Position numbers and translations under genes: made by a program. From an uncultured Ruminococcus sp. (lineage in GTDB: Bacteria > Bacillota > Clostridia > Oscillospirales > CAG-272): a stretch of 64,000 nucleotides of DNA. Under the pieces are notes generated by a model. It saw only the letters and a list, made by a program, of their open reading frames with translations, searched no databases and was not told the DNA's origin. Every line of letters begins with the position of its first letter. The first letter of the stretch is position 1. Shown in pieces: positions 26,825 through 36,913 of the stretch. The stretch lies in the NCBI GenBank assembly GCA_964463375.1, contig CAYXBQ010000009.1:11887-75886 (forward strand), written 5' to 3'.

Positions 26825-28747
26825 ATGCAATATTTTGAACACAAATATAGTAACACCCGTGACCTGTCTCTGTTTGGCGCCTTCTCCCAGGCAGAGACCA
26901 TCACCTTCACCCTGCTGCCGCCGCCGGAAACGGTCGTCACCTCTGTGACCATGGTGATCCACGGCGACGGTTGGGGACGGGAGACCTCTGTTTGGCGGGA
27001 ATATCCGCTGCATGACGGGGAAGAAAATAGGTTCACCGTCACCCTGTCCATGCAGCAGCTTTGCGACGATATGTCCATGGACGAGGGCGGCCTGTTCTAT
27101 TACCACTACCGGATCCTGACAGAAGAGGACGTGCTGCTGCTGGGCGGCGAAGAACCAACGACACTGACACCGGTGGTGGATGGGCAGGGGGAGAGACAGC
27201 TTCTCCTATATGATGCAAGCTATCGTCCGCCGGAGCAGATCGATGGGATCATGTACCATGTCTTTGTAGATCGCTTTGCGAAGACCGGTGTGGCTTGGCA
27301 GCACCAAAAGCCCGGCACCGTGCTGGATACCAACTGGGAAGACGGGATCCCCCAATACGGTGCCTATCCGGGGGCAGAGGTGGCGAACAATGTTTTCTTT
27401 GGGGGAGACCTGTACGGTATCGCCGCCAACTTAGACTATATCGCCTCTTTGGGTACCAGCATCCTGTATCTCTCGCCCGTGTTCGATGCCGCCACGAACC
27501 ACAAATACGACACAGCGGACTATCTCTCGGTAGATGCCATGTTCGGGGGAGACGAAGCCCTGCGGTTCCTCTGTGATGCGGCGAAAAAGTGGGGGATCCG
27601 GGTGATCTTAGACGGCGTATTCAACCACACCGGTTCGGATAGCATCTATTTCAATAAGGAAGGCCATTACGACTCCATAGGAGCCTACCAGTCGCCGGAC
27701 TCGCCGTACGCCGATTGGTACACCTTTCGCAAGTTCCCGGACGACTACGAGTGCTGGTGGGGCGTGAAGATCTTGCCCAGGGTACGCAGCGGAAATGCAG
27801 ACTACCAACGGTTCATCTTTGAAAAGGTCATTCCCAAGTGGCGTGAAGCTGGCGTATACGGCTGGCGGCTGGACGTGGCCGATGAGCTGGACGATGGGTT
27901 CCTCACCGGTCTGCGGTCGGCTGTGCATGGGGAGAACGAAGGTGGGCAACCCACTGAAGATGGGCAACCCACTCTTAGTGGGTTACTCATCGGCGAGGTC
28001 TGGGAGGATGCCTCGGACAAGGTCAGCTACGGCACAAGACGGCAGTATCTCTACGGCAGACAGCTGGACGGCGTGATGAACTATCCCCTGCGGGATGCCG
28101 TGATCCGCTATGTGCTTTCCGGAGATGTGGCGGCACTGCGGCAGGGGACGGAGCGGCTATACCGCCGGTATCCCAAGTGGGCCTCGGAAAACCAGATGAA
28201 CATCCTCTCCACCCACGACACCATCCGGATCCTGACCGCACTGGGTGGAGAGCCCATGGGAGAACACACCAACGACGAGCTTGCAGGCATGCACATGACC
28301 CCGGCACAGCGCACGATAGGCAAACGGCGGCTGCAGCTGGCCTATGGCATATTGGCTGCGCTTCCGGGGATCCCCTGCGTATATTATGGAGACGAGGTGG
28401 GGCTGGAAGGCTATCGAGATCCCTTCTGCCGCCGCCCCTTCCCCTGGCACAACATGGATCCCGATCTGCTGGATTGGTACCGCCGGGTAGGGCAGTGTCG
28501 CAAGCAGGAGAGCGCACTACACACAGGCGTATTACAGCTGCGGCAGGTGGACGAAACGGTGCTGTGCTTCACCCGAACAGGTACTGGTCGAACAGACGAA
28601 GGGCAGACGATCACCATTTGGGCAAACCGTGGAGAGGTGCCGGTAGAGATCGAACTCAAAACGGCTATGCGCTCTCTGCTGACGCAAACGACCATAGGTG
28701 CGGGAGCCTATAGCCTAAAACCCGGTGAGGTGCTGTGGCTGCAATAA
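26825..28747 (+). CDS. GH13 alpha-amylase-family enzyme (neopullulanase / cyclomaltodextrinase / debranching-type)
   Basis: GH13 conserved regions DGVFNHTG, GWRLDVADE, GEVWED and STHDTIR. There is no signal peptide. It starts 4 nt after the glgP stop. Confidence 0.85.
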   Translation: MQYFEHKYSNTRDLSLFGAFSQAETITFTLLPPPETVVTSVTMVIHGDGWGRETSVWREYPLHDGEENRFTVTLSMQQLCDDMSMDEGGLFYYHYRILTEEDVLLLGGEEPTTLTPVVDGQGERQLLLYDASYRPPEQIDGIMYHVFVDRFAKTGVAWQHQKPGTVLDTNWEDGIPQYGAYPGAEVANNVFFGGDLYGIAANLDYIASLGTSILYLSPVFDAATNHKYDTADYLSVDAMFGGDEALRFLCDAAKKWGIRVILDGVFNHTGSDSIYFNKEGHYDSIGAYQSPDSPYADWYTFRKFPDDYECWWGVKILPRVRSGNADYQRFIFEKVIPKWREAGVYGWRLDVADELDDGFLTGLRSAVHGENEGGQPTEDGQPTLSGLLIGEVWEDASDKVSYGTRRQYLYGRQLDGVMNYPLRDAVIRYVLSGDVAALRQGTERLYRRYPKWASENQMNILSTHDTIRILTALGGEPMGEHTNDELAGMHMTPAQRTIGKRRLQLAYGILAALPGIPCVYYGDEVGLEGYRDPFCRRPFPWHNMDPDLLDWYRRVGQCRKQESALHTGVLQLRQVDETVLCFTRTGTGRTDEGQTITIWANRGEVPVEIELKTAMRSLLTQTTIGAGAYSLKPGEVLWLQ

Positions 28748-28766
28748 AACAATGGAGGAAAAAACG

Positions 28767-31055
28767 ATGAAGTGTTCGCTGAATGGTACGTGGCAGCTCT
28801 ATTGCCTGGCAAGCGATGCATACAAAAAGCCCCGGTATGGCTGGGTGCCGGATACGGAGCACGTACAGCACACCCTAACCGGCGCAGTGCCGGGCAACGT
28901 ACAGCTGGATCTGTTTCACGCCGGCATCACTCCGGATCCCTTTTATGCAGACAACTACTACAAATACATGGACTACGAAGCCTGTACCTTTGTCTATGCC
29001 AGAAGCTTTACGCTGGACGAGCTGCCCACCGGCGAAGAGATGATCCTTCGGTTTGACGGCATCGATACGGTGGCAGATGTGTTTGTCAACGGCGAATGGG
29101 TGGGGCATACCGAGGATATGTTCGTGGAGCATGAGATGAACGTGTCTGCGGTGCTGCGGCCGGGAGAGAACACAGTCATGGTCACCATCTATCCCGCCAT
29201 GCACTATATTCGAGAGATGGATTATCCGGTGGGCATGATCGGCACCGCAGACCGTAACCAGATCTCCTACATTCGGAAAGCGGCACACTGCTTTGGCTGG
29301 GACATCGCACCCCGGCTGGTGACGGCAGGTTTGTGGCGGGACGTGACCTTGTACAGTCGCCAAAAGACCCGCCTGACCCAGACCTATTTTGCCGTTTCCC
29401 GTGCCAACGAAGACGCTGCCACCCTGCGCTGGGCGGTGCGGTTCCAAAGCAAGGACAAGGATCTCTCTGCCTATCGGATCACCATGGACGCTGTCTGTGG
29501 GGCGCATAGCTTTACCGTATCCTGCCGTCCCAGCCACATCAGTATGAACGGCGAATACCATGTGCGTTCCCCGAAGCTGTGGTGGCCGAAGGGCTATGGC
29601 GAACAAAACCTGTACACCATGACCACCCGTCTCTGGCGTGGGGACGAGCTGCTGGACGAAAAGGTGGAGCATATCGGCCTCCGGCATATTCGCTTAGAAC
29701 GGGACTTCACGCCGGGGCAGCAAAAGTTCTGCTTCTATGTCAACGAAACGCCCATCTTCTGCCGCGGCACCAACTGGGTCCCCATGGATGCGTTCCACAG
29801 CAGAGCCAAGGAGCGGATCCCGGCAGCGGTACAGCTTATTTCCGACTGCGGCTGCAACATCATCCGGTGCTGGGGCGGTGGTGTCTACGAAGACGATCTG
29901 CTCTACGACCTGTGTGACCGGGAGGGGATCCTGATCTGGCAGGACTTTGCCATGGGCAACACCACCTATCCCCAGGACGGTTCCCTCGACAATGTGCTGT
30001 CCGACGAGATCGAAAAGCTGCTGTGCCGGATCCGGAACCATCCCTGCGTGTGCCTGTATGCCTCCGACAACGAGATCGACCAGAAGAATATGGCCTTCGA
30101 TTACCCGGAATATCGGGTACGGTACAATCGTATAGCCAAGGAGCTTTTGCCCCGTCTACTGCAAGCCCACGACCCCTACCGGTACTACGTTTGCTCATCT
30201 CCGGAGGTGCCGGAGGGATTTGGCTTAGAGAACGTGCCGGAGCAGCATACCTGGGGACCCAGAGCCTGGTACAAGGATCCCTACTACCGGGACTGCACCG
30301 CAACCTTCATTGGCGAAGCAGGGTACCACGGCTGTCCCGCCCCGGAAAGTCTGGCAAAATTCATCCCGGCAGAAGACCTTTGGCCCACCCGAAACCGCAG
30401 CTGGGCAGCACACAGCACGGAGAATCTTTTATATACCGCAGGACATGGCCGCAACGAACTGATGAAGGATCAAGTGAAGCTGTTGTTCGGCGTGGATCCG
30501 GAGACGTTGGAGCTTGCCACCTTCTCGTTCCTGTCCCAGGTATCTCAGGCAGAGGCGGTCAAGTTCTTTATCGAGCGTGCCCGCGCCTTGAAATGGAAGC
30601 GTACCGGCATCATCTGGTGGAACATGATCGACTGCTGGCCCCAGATCTCCGATGCCGTGGTGGACTATTACTACAACAAAAAGTTGGCGTATGACTATAT
30701 CCAAGCATCGCAAAAGGATGTGCTGGTGTTCGTGGGCGAGGCCTCCGGCTGGTACTATCCTCTGTACGCCACCAACGACACACGAGAAGTACACAAGGTG
30801 CAGTGGACGATCACCGACGGAGACACCGATGCCGTGGTGCATACAGGCGAATGCACACTGCTGCCCGGCGAGAAAAAACAGGTGGCCAGCCTGCGGATCA
30901 TGGTCAGCGAAAAGCGGTGCCTGCTCATCGACTATACCACCGACGGCGTGCCCGCACGGAACCACTACCTGACCGGACTGCCGCCCTATGACGGAGCCTG
31001 GATGCGCCGGATGGTGGATAAAGTATTGGAAAGCAAAACAAAGGAGAACCTATGA
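28767..31055 (+). CDS. GH2-family glycosidase, beta-mannosidase-like
   Basis: GH2 sugar-binding, Ig and TIM layout (LNGTWQL...FDGIDTVADVFVNG, IRCWGGGVYE, acid/base SDNE, nucleophile FIGEAGYHG). There is no signal peptide. GGAGGA SD lies 7 nt upstream of ATG 28767. Confidence 0.8.
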   Translation: MKCSLNGTWQLYCLASDAYKKPRYGWVPDTEHVQHTLTGAVPGNVQLDLFHAGITPDPFYADNYYKYMDYEACTFVYARSFTLDELPTGEEMILRFDGIDTVADVFVNGEWVGHTEDMFVEHEMNVSAVLRPGENTVMVTIYPAMHYIREMDYPVGMIGTADRNQISYIRKAAHCFGWDIAPRLVTAGLWRDVTLYSRQKTRLTQTYFAVSRANEDAATLRWAVRFQSKDKDLSAYRITMDAVCGAHSFTVSCRPSHISMNGEYHVRSPKLWWPKGYGEQNLYTMTTRLWRGDELLDEKVEHIGLRHIRLERDFTPGQQKFCFYVNETPIFCRGTNWVPMDAFHSRAKERIPAAVQLISDCGCNIIRCWGGGVYEDDLLYDLCDREGILIWQDFAMGNTTYPQDGSLDNVLSDEIEKLLCRIRNHPCVCLYASDNEIDQKNMAFDYPEYRVRYNRIAKELLPRLLQAHDPYRYYVCSSPEVPEGFGLENVPEQHTWGPRAWYKDPYYRDCTATFIGEAGYHGCPAPESLAKFIPAEDLWPTRNRSWAAHSTENLLYTAGHGRNELMKDQVKLLFGVDPETLELATFSFLSQVSQAEAVKFFIERARALKWKRTGIIWWNMIDCWPQISDAVVDYYYNKKLAYDYIQASQKDVLVFVGEASGWYYPLYATNDTREVHKVQWTITDGDTDAVVHTGECTLLPGEKKQVASLRIMVSEKRCLLIDYTTDGVPARNHYLTGLPPYDGAWMRRMVDKVLESKTKENL

Positions 31056-33226
31056 CCATAGAAGAAGCCATAGCGGCCAGTCTGTCGCTGCCACTGAAGC
31101 AGGTGCAGGCTGCTGTAACGCTGCTGGATGAAGGCAACACTGTCCCCTTTATCGCACGGTATCGCAAGGAAGTCACCGGTGGCCTGGACGACACTGTACT
31201 GCGGAAGCTGGTGGATACACTCACCACGCTGCGGAATTTGGAGTCCCGCAAAGCAGAAGTCCGGGACAAGCTGATCGCTCTGGAAAAATGGAGCGAAGCC
31301 TTGCAGACCGCTTTAGACAACGCCACGACCGTCACCGAAGTGGAGGATATCTACCGCCCCTACCGCCCGAAGAAGCGCACCCGTGCCTCTATGGCGAAGG
31401 AGAGAGGGCTGGAACCGCTGGCGCTGTTGATCCTTGCGCAAAAAAAGTTCTACAAGCCCAGTCTGGCAGAGGTGGCAAAGGCGTATATTTCCCCGGAAAA
31501 AGAGGTACATACCGCAGAGGAAGCCCTGCAGGGTGCGGCAGATATTTTGGCAGAGATGCTGACCGATGCGCCGGAGAATCGACAGCTGGTGCGGGAAATG
31601 ACCATGCGGCAGGGACAGATCCACACGGTTCTGCTAACAGATGCCGCAAGCTCTCCTTATGCCCAGTATGCCGATCACACGGAGCCGCTTGCCAAGATCC
31701 CCTCCCACAGAGTTTTGGCGATCAACCGGGGCGAACGGGAAGAAGCACTGCGGGTCACACTGGTCGTCGATCGAGAACGGATCCTGCAAGCCCTGTGTGC
31801 CCGTGTGCTGGTGCGTGGCTGCGATGGGACTGCCGGCGAGATCCTCACCGAAGCGCTCTCCGATGGCTATGACCGGCTGCTGGCACCGTCGCTGGAACGG
31901 GAGATCCGGAGTGAGCTGACCGCACAGGCAGAGGAAGGTGCCATCCACAACTTTGCCATGAACCTGAAAAATCTGCTGCTGACCCCGCCGCTGAAGGGAA
32001 AGACCGTGCTGGGGCTGGATCCCGGCTATCGTACCGGCTGTAAGCTGGCGGTGCTGTCCCCCACCGGGACCGTGCTGGAGACCGCCGTGATCTACCCCAC
32101 CAAGCCCCATGAGCGGATCGAGGAGGCCCGTCGGACGGTGCTGCGCCTCATCCAAAAATATCAGGTGGATGTGGTGTCCATCGGTAACGGCACAGCCTCC
32201 GGCGAAAGCGAACAGTTCATCGCAGAGACAATCGGCAAGGCAGACCACAAGGTGCAGTACAGCATCGTTTCGGAGGCGGGTGCATCGGTGTATTCGGCGT
32301 CGGAGCTGGGGGCAGAGGAGTTCCCGGAACTGGACGTGACCGAACGCAGTGCTGTGTCCATCGGCCGCAGACTACAGGATCCCCTGGCAGAGCTGGTGAA
32401 GATCGAGCCCCGCTCCATTGGGGTAGGACAGTACCAGCACGATATGCGGCAGACCCGGCTGGCAGAGGCCCTTTCCGGTGTGGTGGAGGACTGCGTGAAT
32501 GCGGTGGGCGTGGATCTGAACACAGCCTCTGCCCCGCTGCTATCCTATATCGCCGGCCTGAACAAGACTACGGCGAAAAATATCGTCAAATACCGGGAGG
32601 AAAACGGCGGATTCACCAGCCGTGCGGCTGTAAAAAAGGTGCCGCGGTTTGGTGCCAAAGCCTATGAGCAGGCAGCCGGCTTTTTGCGTGTGCCCGGTGC
32701 CAAAGAGGTGCTGGACAACACCGGCGTGCATCCCGAATCCTATCCCATCGCCAAAGCCCTGTGCGCCCGCTTCGGCTACACAGAAGCAGACATTGGTGCA
32801 GGCGGTCTGGGTGCGCTGCGGCAACAGGCAGAAGAAGTGGGGCTTTCCGCATTGGCAACAGCGCTTGGCTGTGGTGTGCCGACCCTGACGGACATCATCG
32901 GGGAGCTGGAAAAGCCGGGTCGAGACATCCGGGATACACTGCCCACGCCCTTGCTGCGGGAAAAGGTCATGACCCTTGACGACATCGAGGAAGGTCAGAC
33001 CTTCACCGGTACCGTGCGCAACGTGGTGGACTTTGGTGCCTTCGTGGACATCGGCATCCACCAGGACGGGCTCATCCACATCTCCGCCCTGGCTGACCGC
33101 TATATCCGCCATCCATCCGAGGTGGTGGCTGTAGGGGACACCGTGCAGGTCGAGGTGGTACAGGTGGACAGACAGCGTGGCCGGATCGGTCTGAAGCGGA
33201 TCACCGGTACACAATCGAAATCTTAA
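31052..33226 (+). CDS. tex: Tex-like transcription accessory protein (S1 RNA-binding domain protein)
   Basis: N-terminal VPFIARYRKE.TGGLDD, a YqgF/RuvC-like region (LGLDPGYRTGCKLAV), HhH motifs, and a C-terminal S1 domain (GTVRNVVDFGAFVDIG..DGLIHIS). Confidence 0.9.
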   Translation: MTIEEAIAASLSLPLKQVQAAVTLLDEGNTVPFIARYRKEVTGGLDDTVLRKLVDTLTTLRNLESRKAEVRDKLIALEKWSEALQTALDNATTVTEVEDIYRPYRPKKRTRASMAKERGLEPLALLILAQKKFYKPSLAEVAKAYISPEKEVHTAEEALQGAADILAEMLTDAPENRQLVREMTMRQGQIHTVLLTDAASSPYAQYADHTEPLAKIPSHRVLAINRGEREEALRVTLVVDRERILQALCARVLVRGCDGTAGEILTEALSDGYDRLLAPSLEREIRSELTAQAEEGAIHNFAMNLKNLLLTPPLKGKTVLGLDPGYRTGCKLAVLSPTGTVLETAVIYPTKPHERIEEARRTVLRLIQKYQVDVVSIGNGTASGESEQFIAETIGKADHKVQYSIVSEAGASVYSASELGAEEFPELDVTERSAVSIGRRLQDPLAELVKIEPRSIGVGQYQHDMRQTRLAEALSGVVEDCVNAVGVDLNTASAPLLSYIAGLNKTTAKNIVKYREENGGFTSRAAVKKVPRFGAKAYEQAAGFLRVPGAKEVLDNTGVHPESYPIAKALCARFGYTEADIGAGGLGALRQQAEEVGLSALATALGCGVPTLTDIIGELEKPGRDIRDTLPTPLLREKVMTLDDIEEGQTFTGTVRNVVDFGAFVDIGIHQDGLIHISALADRYIRHPSEVVAVGDTVQVEVVQVDRQRGRIGLKRITGTQSKS

Positions 33227-33462
33227 TAAAATTAAGATGCGATTTTGCCCGTGGGATGGAACCGCCGTAGATGCCCCATTTGTCGTGTGCAGGTTGCACA
33301 AAGATGAAAAACAAATTTCGGTAAAAAAAACGCTTTCAAAATCGCCGAGAATTTGGTACAATATAGTCCAGAAAAACGAGAGCGGTGTACGCCTGTACGG
33401 GTTCTCGTTGTATCGGAAACTGATTTTACATATGCGTCAAATATCCAAGGAGGATTTATACA

Positions 33463-34575
33463 ATGGCAAGCTTATCCCTGAAGCACATTTACAAGAAATA
33501 TCCCGGCGGCGTTACGGCCGTATCCGACTTCTGCCTGGAGATCAAGGACAAGGAATTCCTGATCCTGGTAGGTCCCTCTGGTTGTGGTAAGTCTACCACC
33601 CTGCGTATGATCGCTGGTCTGGAAGAAATCTCTGAAGGTGAACTGTTCATCGGCGATAAGCTGGTCAACGACGTAGCTCCTAAGGACAGAGACATCGCCA
33701 TGGTGTTCCAGAACTACGCTCTGTATCCCCATATGTCCGTGTTCGACAACATGGCATTCGGTCTGAAGCTGCGGAAGACTCCCAAGGAAGAGATCAAGCG
33801 TCGTGTTGAAGAAGCTGCTCGTATCCTGGACATCACCCACCTGCTGGATAGAAAGCCGAAGGCTCTGTCTGGTGGTCAGAAGCAGAGAGTTGCGCTGGGT
33901 CGTGCCCTGGTTCGTAACCCCAAGGTATTCCTGCTGGACGAACCTCTGTCCAACCTGGACGCTAAGCTGAGAGCAGCCATGAGAACCGAGCTGACCAAGA
34001 TCCACCAGAGAGTTGGTACCACCTTCGTATACGTAACCCACGACCAGGTAGAGGCTATGACCATGGCTACCCGTATCGTAGTTATGAAGGACGGTCTGAT
34101 CCAGCAGGTAGATACGCCTCAGAACCTGTACGATTCTCCTGTAAACCTGTTCGTTGCAGGCTTCATCGGCACGCCCCAGATGAACTTCATCAACTGCGTA
34201 CTGGATAAGAAGGGCGAAGATTACTACATCACCTTCGGTACCAACAGCCTGAAGCTGCCCGCAGAAAAGGCCGCTGATCCCGCTCTGAAGGATTACGTAG
34301 GCAAGGAAGTGATCGCCGGTGTTCGTCCCGAATGTATCCACGATGACAACGCTTCTCTGAAGGCTATGTCCGACTCCGTGATCGAATGCGACGTAGAAGT
34401 TACCGAGCTTATGGGTGCTGAAATCTATCTGTACCTGGTATCCGAAGAAACTTCTCTGACCGCTCGTGTATCCGCTCGTTCCACCACTCGTGCTGGTGAC
34501 ATCGTGAACGTGGCTCTGGATATGACCCGTGTTCACCTGTTCGACAAGGACACCGAACGCTTCATCGTTCACTAA
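33463..34575 (+). CDS. Sugar ABC transporter ATP-binding protein (MsmK/MsmX/MalK/UgpC type), stand-alone
   Basis: Walker [11 protein letters not shown]-loop, signature LSGGQKQRV, Walker [12 protein letters not shown], and a C-terminal MalK-like regulatory domain. Codon usage looks like a highly expressed gene. Confidence 0.9.
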   Translation: MASLSLKHIYKKYPGGVTAVSDFCLEIKDKEFLILVGPSGCGKSTTLRMIAGLEEISEGELFIGDKLVNDVAPKDRDIAMVFQNYALYPHMSVFDNMAFGLKLRKTPKEEIKRRVEEAARILDITHLLDRKPKALSGGQKQRVALGRALVRNPKVFLLDEPLSNLDAKLRAAMRTELTKIHQRVGTTFVYVTHDQVEAMTMATRIVVMKDGLIQQVDTPQNLYDSPVNLFVAGFIGTPQMNFINCVLDKKGEDYYITFGTNSLKLPAEKAADPALKDYVGKEVIAGVRPECIHDDNASLKAMSDSVIECDVEVTELMGAEIYLYLVSEETSLTARVSARSTTRAGDIVNVALDMTRVHLFDKDTERFIVH

Positions 34576-34599
34576 TTCGGAAGTATTTCTATATACCCA

Positions 34600-34630
34600 A
34601 AAGCTCCGGCCATGCGCTGGGGCTTTTCTT
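34600..34630 (+). terminator. Rho-independent terminator after the ABC ATPase gene
   Basis: AAAGCTCCGG (34600-34609) pairs with CTGGGGCTTT (34617-34626), including two G.U pairs. A T-rich tail follows. Confidence 0.65.
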
Positions 34631-34752
34631 GTACTTGTGCAAAAAAAGTCGAAAAAAGTTCACAAATACACTTGACGAATGCGTCTAAAAATCGTATAAT
34701 ATAGTTGCATGGAAATGCGAACGTGACAGTAAATGGGATCGGGGGGACTTCT

Positions 34753-35571
34753 ATGAAAATGTGTCGAGGACGAATGGGACTGTTCCTGTTTTTGCAGATC
34801 GTGCTGGTGGTGCTGCTGGCGATCGGCGTCAGTGCGGAAGAGCCGGCGGGAAGGGTGCTGTACCACCAGGATTTCGCTGATGTGGATTCCGTGCAGGCGG
34901 CTGGGATCACGCTGGGAACGGCCACCGTGGGCAACGCCTGGCTCACCATCGAGGACGACGACCTGGGAATCCATACCGCCGATGACCGCAGAGCCTATTC
35001 GCTCTTGCCGGACACCCCCTGGACCGATTCCCACACCATCGAATTCTCCTTCCGCTTCACCGAGATCTCTGCCTCCAACGGATACATAGCCTTCCTGTTG
35101 ACCTGTTGGGGGGACGAGCCTTCCAATATCTCCGCCGCCGTATTTCGTGCCAATGGTACCATCGACAACTTCGACGATCCCGATGAGACGATCCGGCAAA
35201 AGATCCAGGCGGGAGAGACCATCCACGTGGAGATCCCCGTGGAGAATGGGCTGGTACACACCATCACCCTGACCGCCGGTGAGGATACCTGCACGGTCCA
35301 GCGGGATTCCATTTTGCGCATTGCAGAGGGAGAACGTGGCTTTGGTGTCCGCAACGCCTCTGTGGCCGTGGAGGAGGTCTATATTGTCAACGGCACCGGG
35401 TACACTGCTAAAATCGGCCCCTTTGCCGACCAGAGCTGGTCCGACAGCGAGCTTGCCGAAAATGCACCCGAGCATGCCCCGAACACCGGAGAAGCCCCCG
35501 TTTGGCCGGTACTGCTGCTCTTGTCGGTGGCAGGAATGTGCTGGGCAAAACGACGGAAATATGGGGGATAA
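34753..35571 (+). CDS. Secreted hypothetical protein with a ConA/LamG-like jelly-roll domain and a C-terminal sortase-type sorting signal
   Basis: N-terminal signal peptide (LFLFLQIVLVVLLAIGVSA). The C-terminus is PNTG + APVWPVLLLLSVAGMCWA + KRRK. The promoter TTGACG-17-TATAAT lies at about 34672-34700. Confidence 0.6.
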   Translation: MKMCRGRMGLFLFLQIVLVVLLAIGVSAEEPAGRVLYHQDFADVDSVQAAGITLGTATVGNAWLTIEDDDLGIHTADDRRAYSLLPDTPWTDSHTIEFSFRFTEISASNGYIAFLLTCWGDEPSNISAAVFRANGTIDNFDDPDETIRQKIQAGETIHVEIPVENGLVHTITLTAGEDTCTVQRDSILRIAEGERGFGVRNASVAVEEVYIVNGTGYTAKIGPFADQSWSDSELAENAPEHAPNTGEAPVWPVLLLLSVAGMCWAKRRKYGG

Positions 35572-35594
35572 AAACCTATTTATATAGTGAAAAA

Positions 35595-35629
35595 GGCGGG
35601 AGATCCCACAAAAGATCCCCCGCTTTTTT
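35595..35629 (+). terminator. Rho-independent terminator
   Basis: GGCGGGAGATC (35595-35605) pairs with GATCCCCCGC (35614-35623), with one bulge. A T6 run follows. Confidence 0.7.
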
Positions 35630-35708
35630 GTTGTTCACAATTATTTAACAAATCGTATTCAATATCCTGTTGAATTGAAGGCCGCAAAATGGTAATCTTA
35701 TAACAGAA

Positions 35709-35735
35709 TTTAGCACTCGACCGAGACAAGTGCTA
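35709..35735 (+). promoter_or_regulatory. CIRCE operator (HrcA binding site)
   Basis: TTAGCACTC-GACCGAGAC-AAGTGCTAA matches the consensus TTAGCACTC-N9-GAGTGCTAA with one mismatch. It lies just upstream of hrcA. Confidence 0.9.
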
Positions 35736-35788
35736 AATCACGATCCAAAGTACATATCAACCTCCGGAGCAAATCCGTCTATGGGGAG

Positions 35789-36901
35789 GTGAAGAGGTTG
35801 AAAGAAGATAGAACAGACTTGAGTGAACGAAAGAAACTCATTCTGAAAGCCATCATCGATGCCCACATCGAGAACGGCGAGCCGGTGGGCTCCAAGTTCC
35901 TGACGCAAAATAAGCAGATCGCCTATTCGTCTGCTACCATACGGAACGAGATGGCAGAGCTGGAAGACATGGGGTTTTTGGAACAGCCCCACACATCTGC
36001 CGGTCGGATCCCCTCGGAGGTGGGCTACCGCTTCTACGTGGATTCCCTGGTGGATCGCTACAACATGACTCAGAACGAGCTGGCGGAGCTAAAGCGGCTG
36101 GCACAGACCAAGCAGACCGAGCTGGATGCCATCCTGCAAAATGCCATGCGTCTGGCAGCCCGGATGACCAACTACACCGCTATGGCCCTGCGTCCCCGGA
36201 TCCAGCGGATCACCGTGGACCGGTTCGAGCTTATGCGGCTGGATGACTACACCTTAGTGCTGATCATGGTCATTGGCCAGACCATCAAGACCCGCCGGAT
36301 CCGTAGCCAAAGCCCCGTGTCCATGGAGGCCGGTGCCAAATTGGCCATGGTGCTGAACGAATGCGCCGCCGGGAAGACCGCCGAAGAGATCAATATGCCC
36401 CTGCTGATGGAAATGGAAAAGCGCATGGGTGCCTATGATTTCTTAGTGTCCCCCGTGATCAAGGGCGTGTGCGAGACCATCACCAGCTTCGACGGCGGCG
36501 AGATCCGCTTCGAAGGCATCAATAAACTGCTGTCGTATCCGGAATACTACGATATGGACAGACTGAAAGAAATGCTGGCCATGTTCGAGCAGAAGGACGA
36601 ATTGGTGCGGATCCTGTCCGAAGAAGCAGGGCAGAGTGACGCAGAAAAAGAGAAGCTGCACATTTATATTGGTAGAGAAAATCTGGTAGAGATCATGGAC
36701 AACTCCACCTTGGTGTTCAAGACCATCCGCAAAAACGGCACGCCCGTGGGGGTCATCGGCATCATCGGTCCCACCAGAATGGACTATAAACGGGTCATTG
36801 CCACCATCGATTCTTTGTCCAGCGGTGTTGCCGGTATTCTGGACGATGGGGCGCACCCACCACGCATACAAAATCAGGATCCGGATGCAGGAGAGATATA
36901 A
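35789..36901 (+). CDS. hrcA: Heat-inducible transcription repressor HrcA
   Basis: LSERKKLILKAIIDAHIENGEPVGSK and IRNEMAELEDMGFLEQPHTSAGRIP. The GTG start follows a GGGGAGG SD. It is first in the hrcA-grpE-dnaK-dnaJ order. Confidence 0.95.
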   Translation: MKRLKEDRTDLSERKKLILKAIIDAHIENGEPVGSKFLTQNKQIAYSSATIRNEMAELEDMGFLEQPHTSAGRIPSEVGYRFYVDSLVDRYNMTQNELAELKRLAQTKQTELDAILQNAMRLAARMTNYTAMALRPRIQRITVDRFELMRLDDYTLVLIMVIGQTIKTRRIRSQSPVSMEAGAKLAMVLNECAAGKTAEEINMPLLMEMEKRMGAYDFLVSPVIKGVCETITSFDGGEIRFEGINKLLSYPEYYDMDRLKEMLAMFEQKDELVRILSEEAGQSDAEKEKLHIYIGRENLVEIMDNSTLVFKTIRKNGTPVGVIGIIGPTRMDYKRVIATIDSLSSGVAGILDDGAHPPRIQNQDPDAGEI

Positions 36902-36913
36902 CAGGAGAACCAA

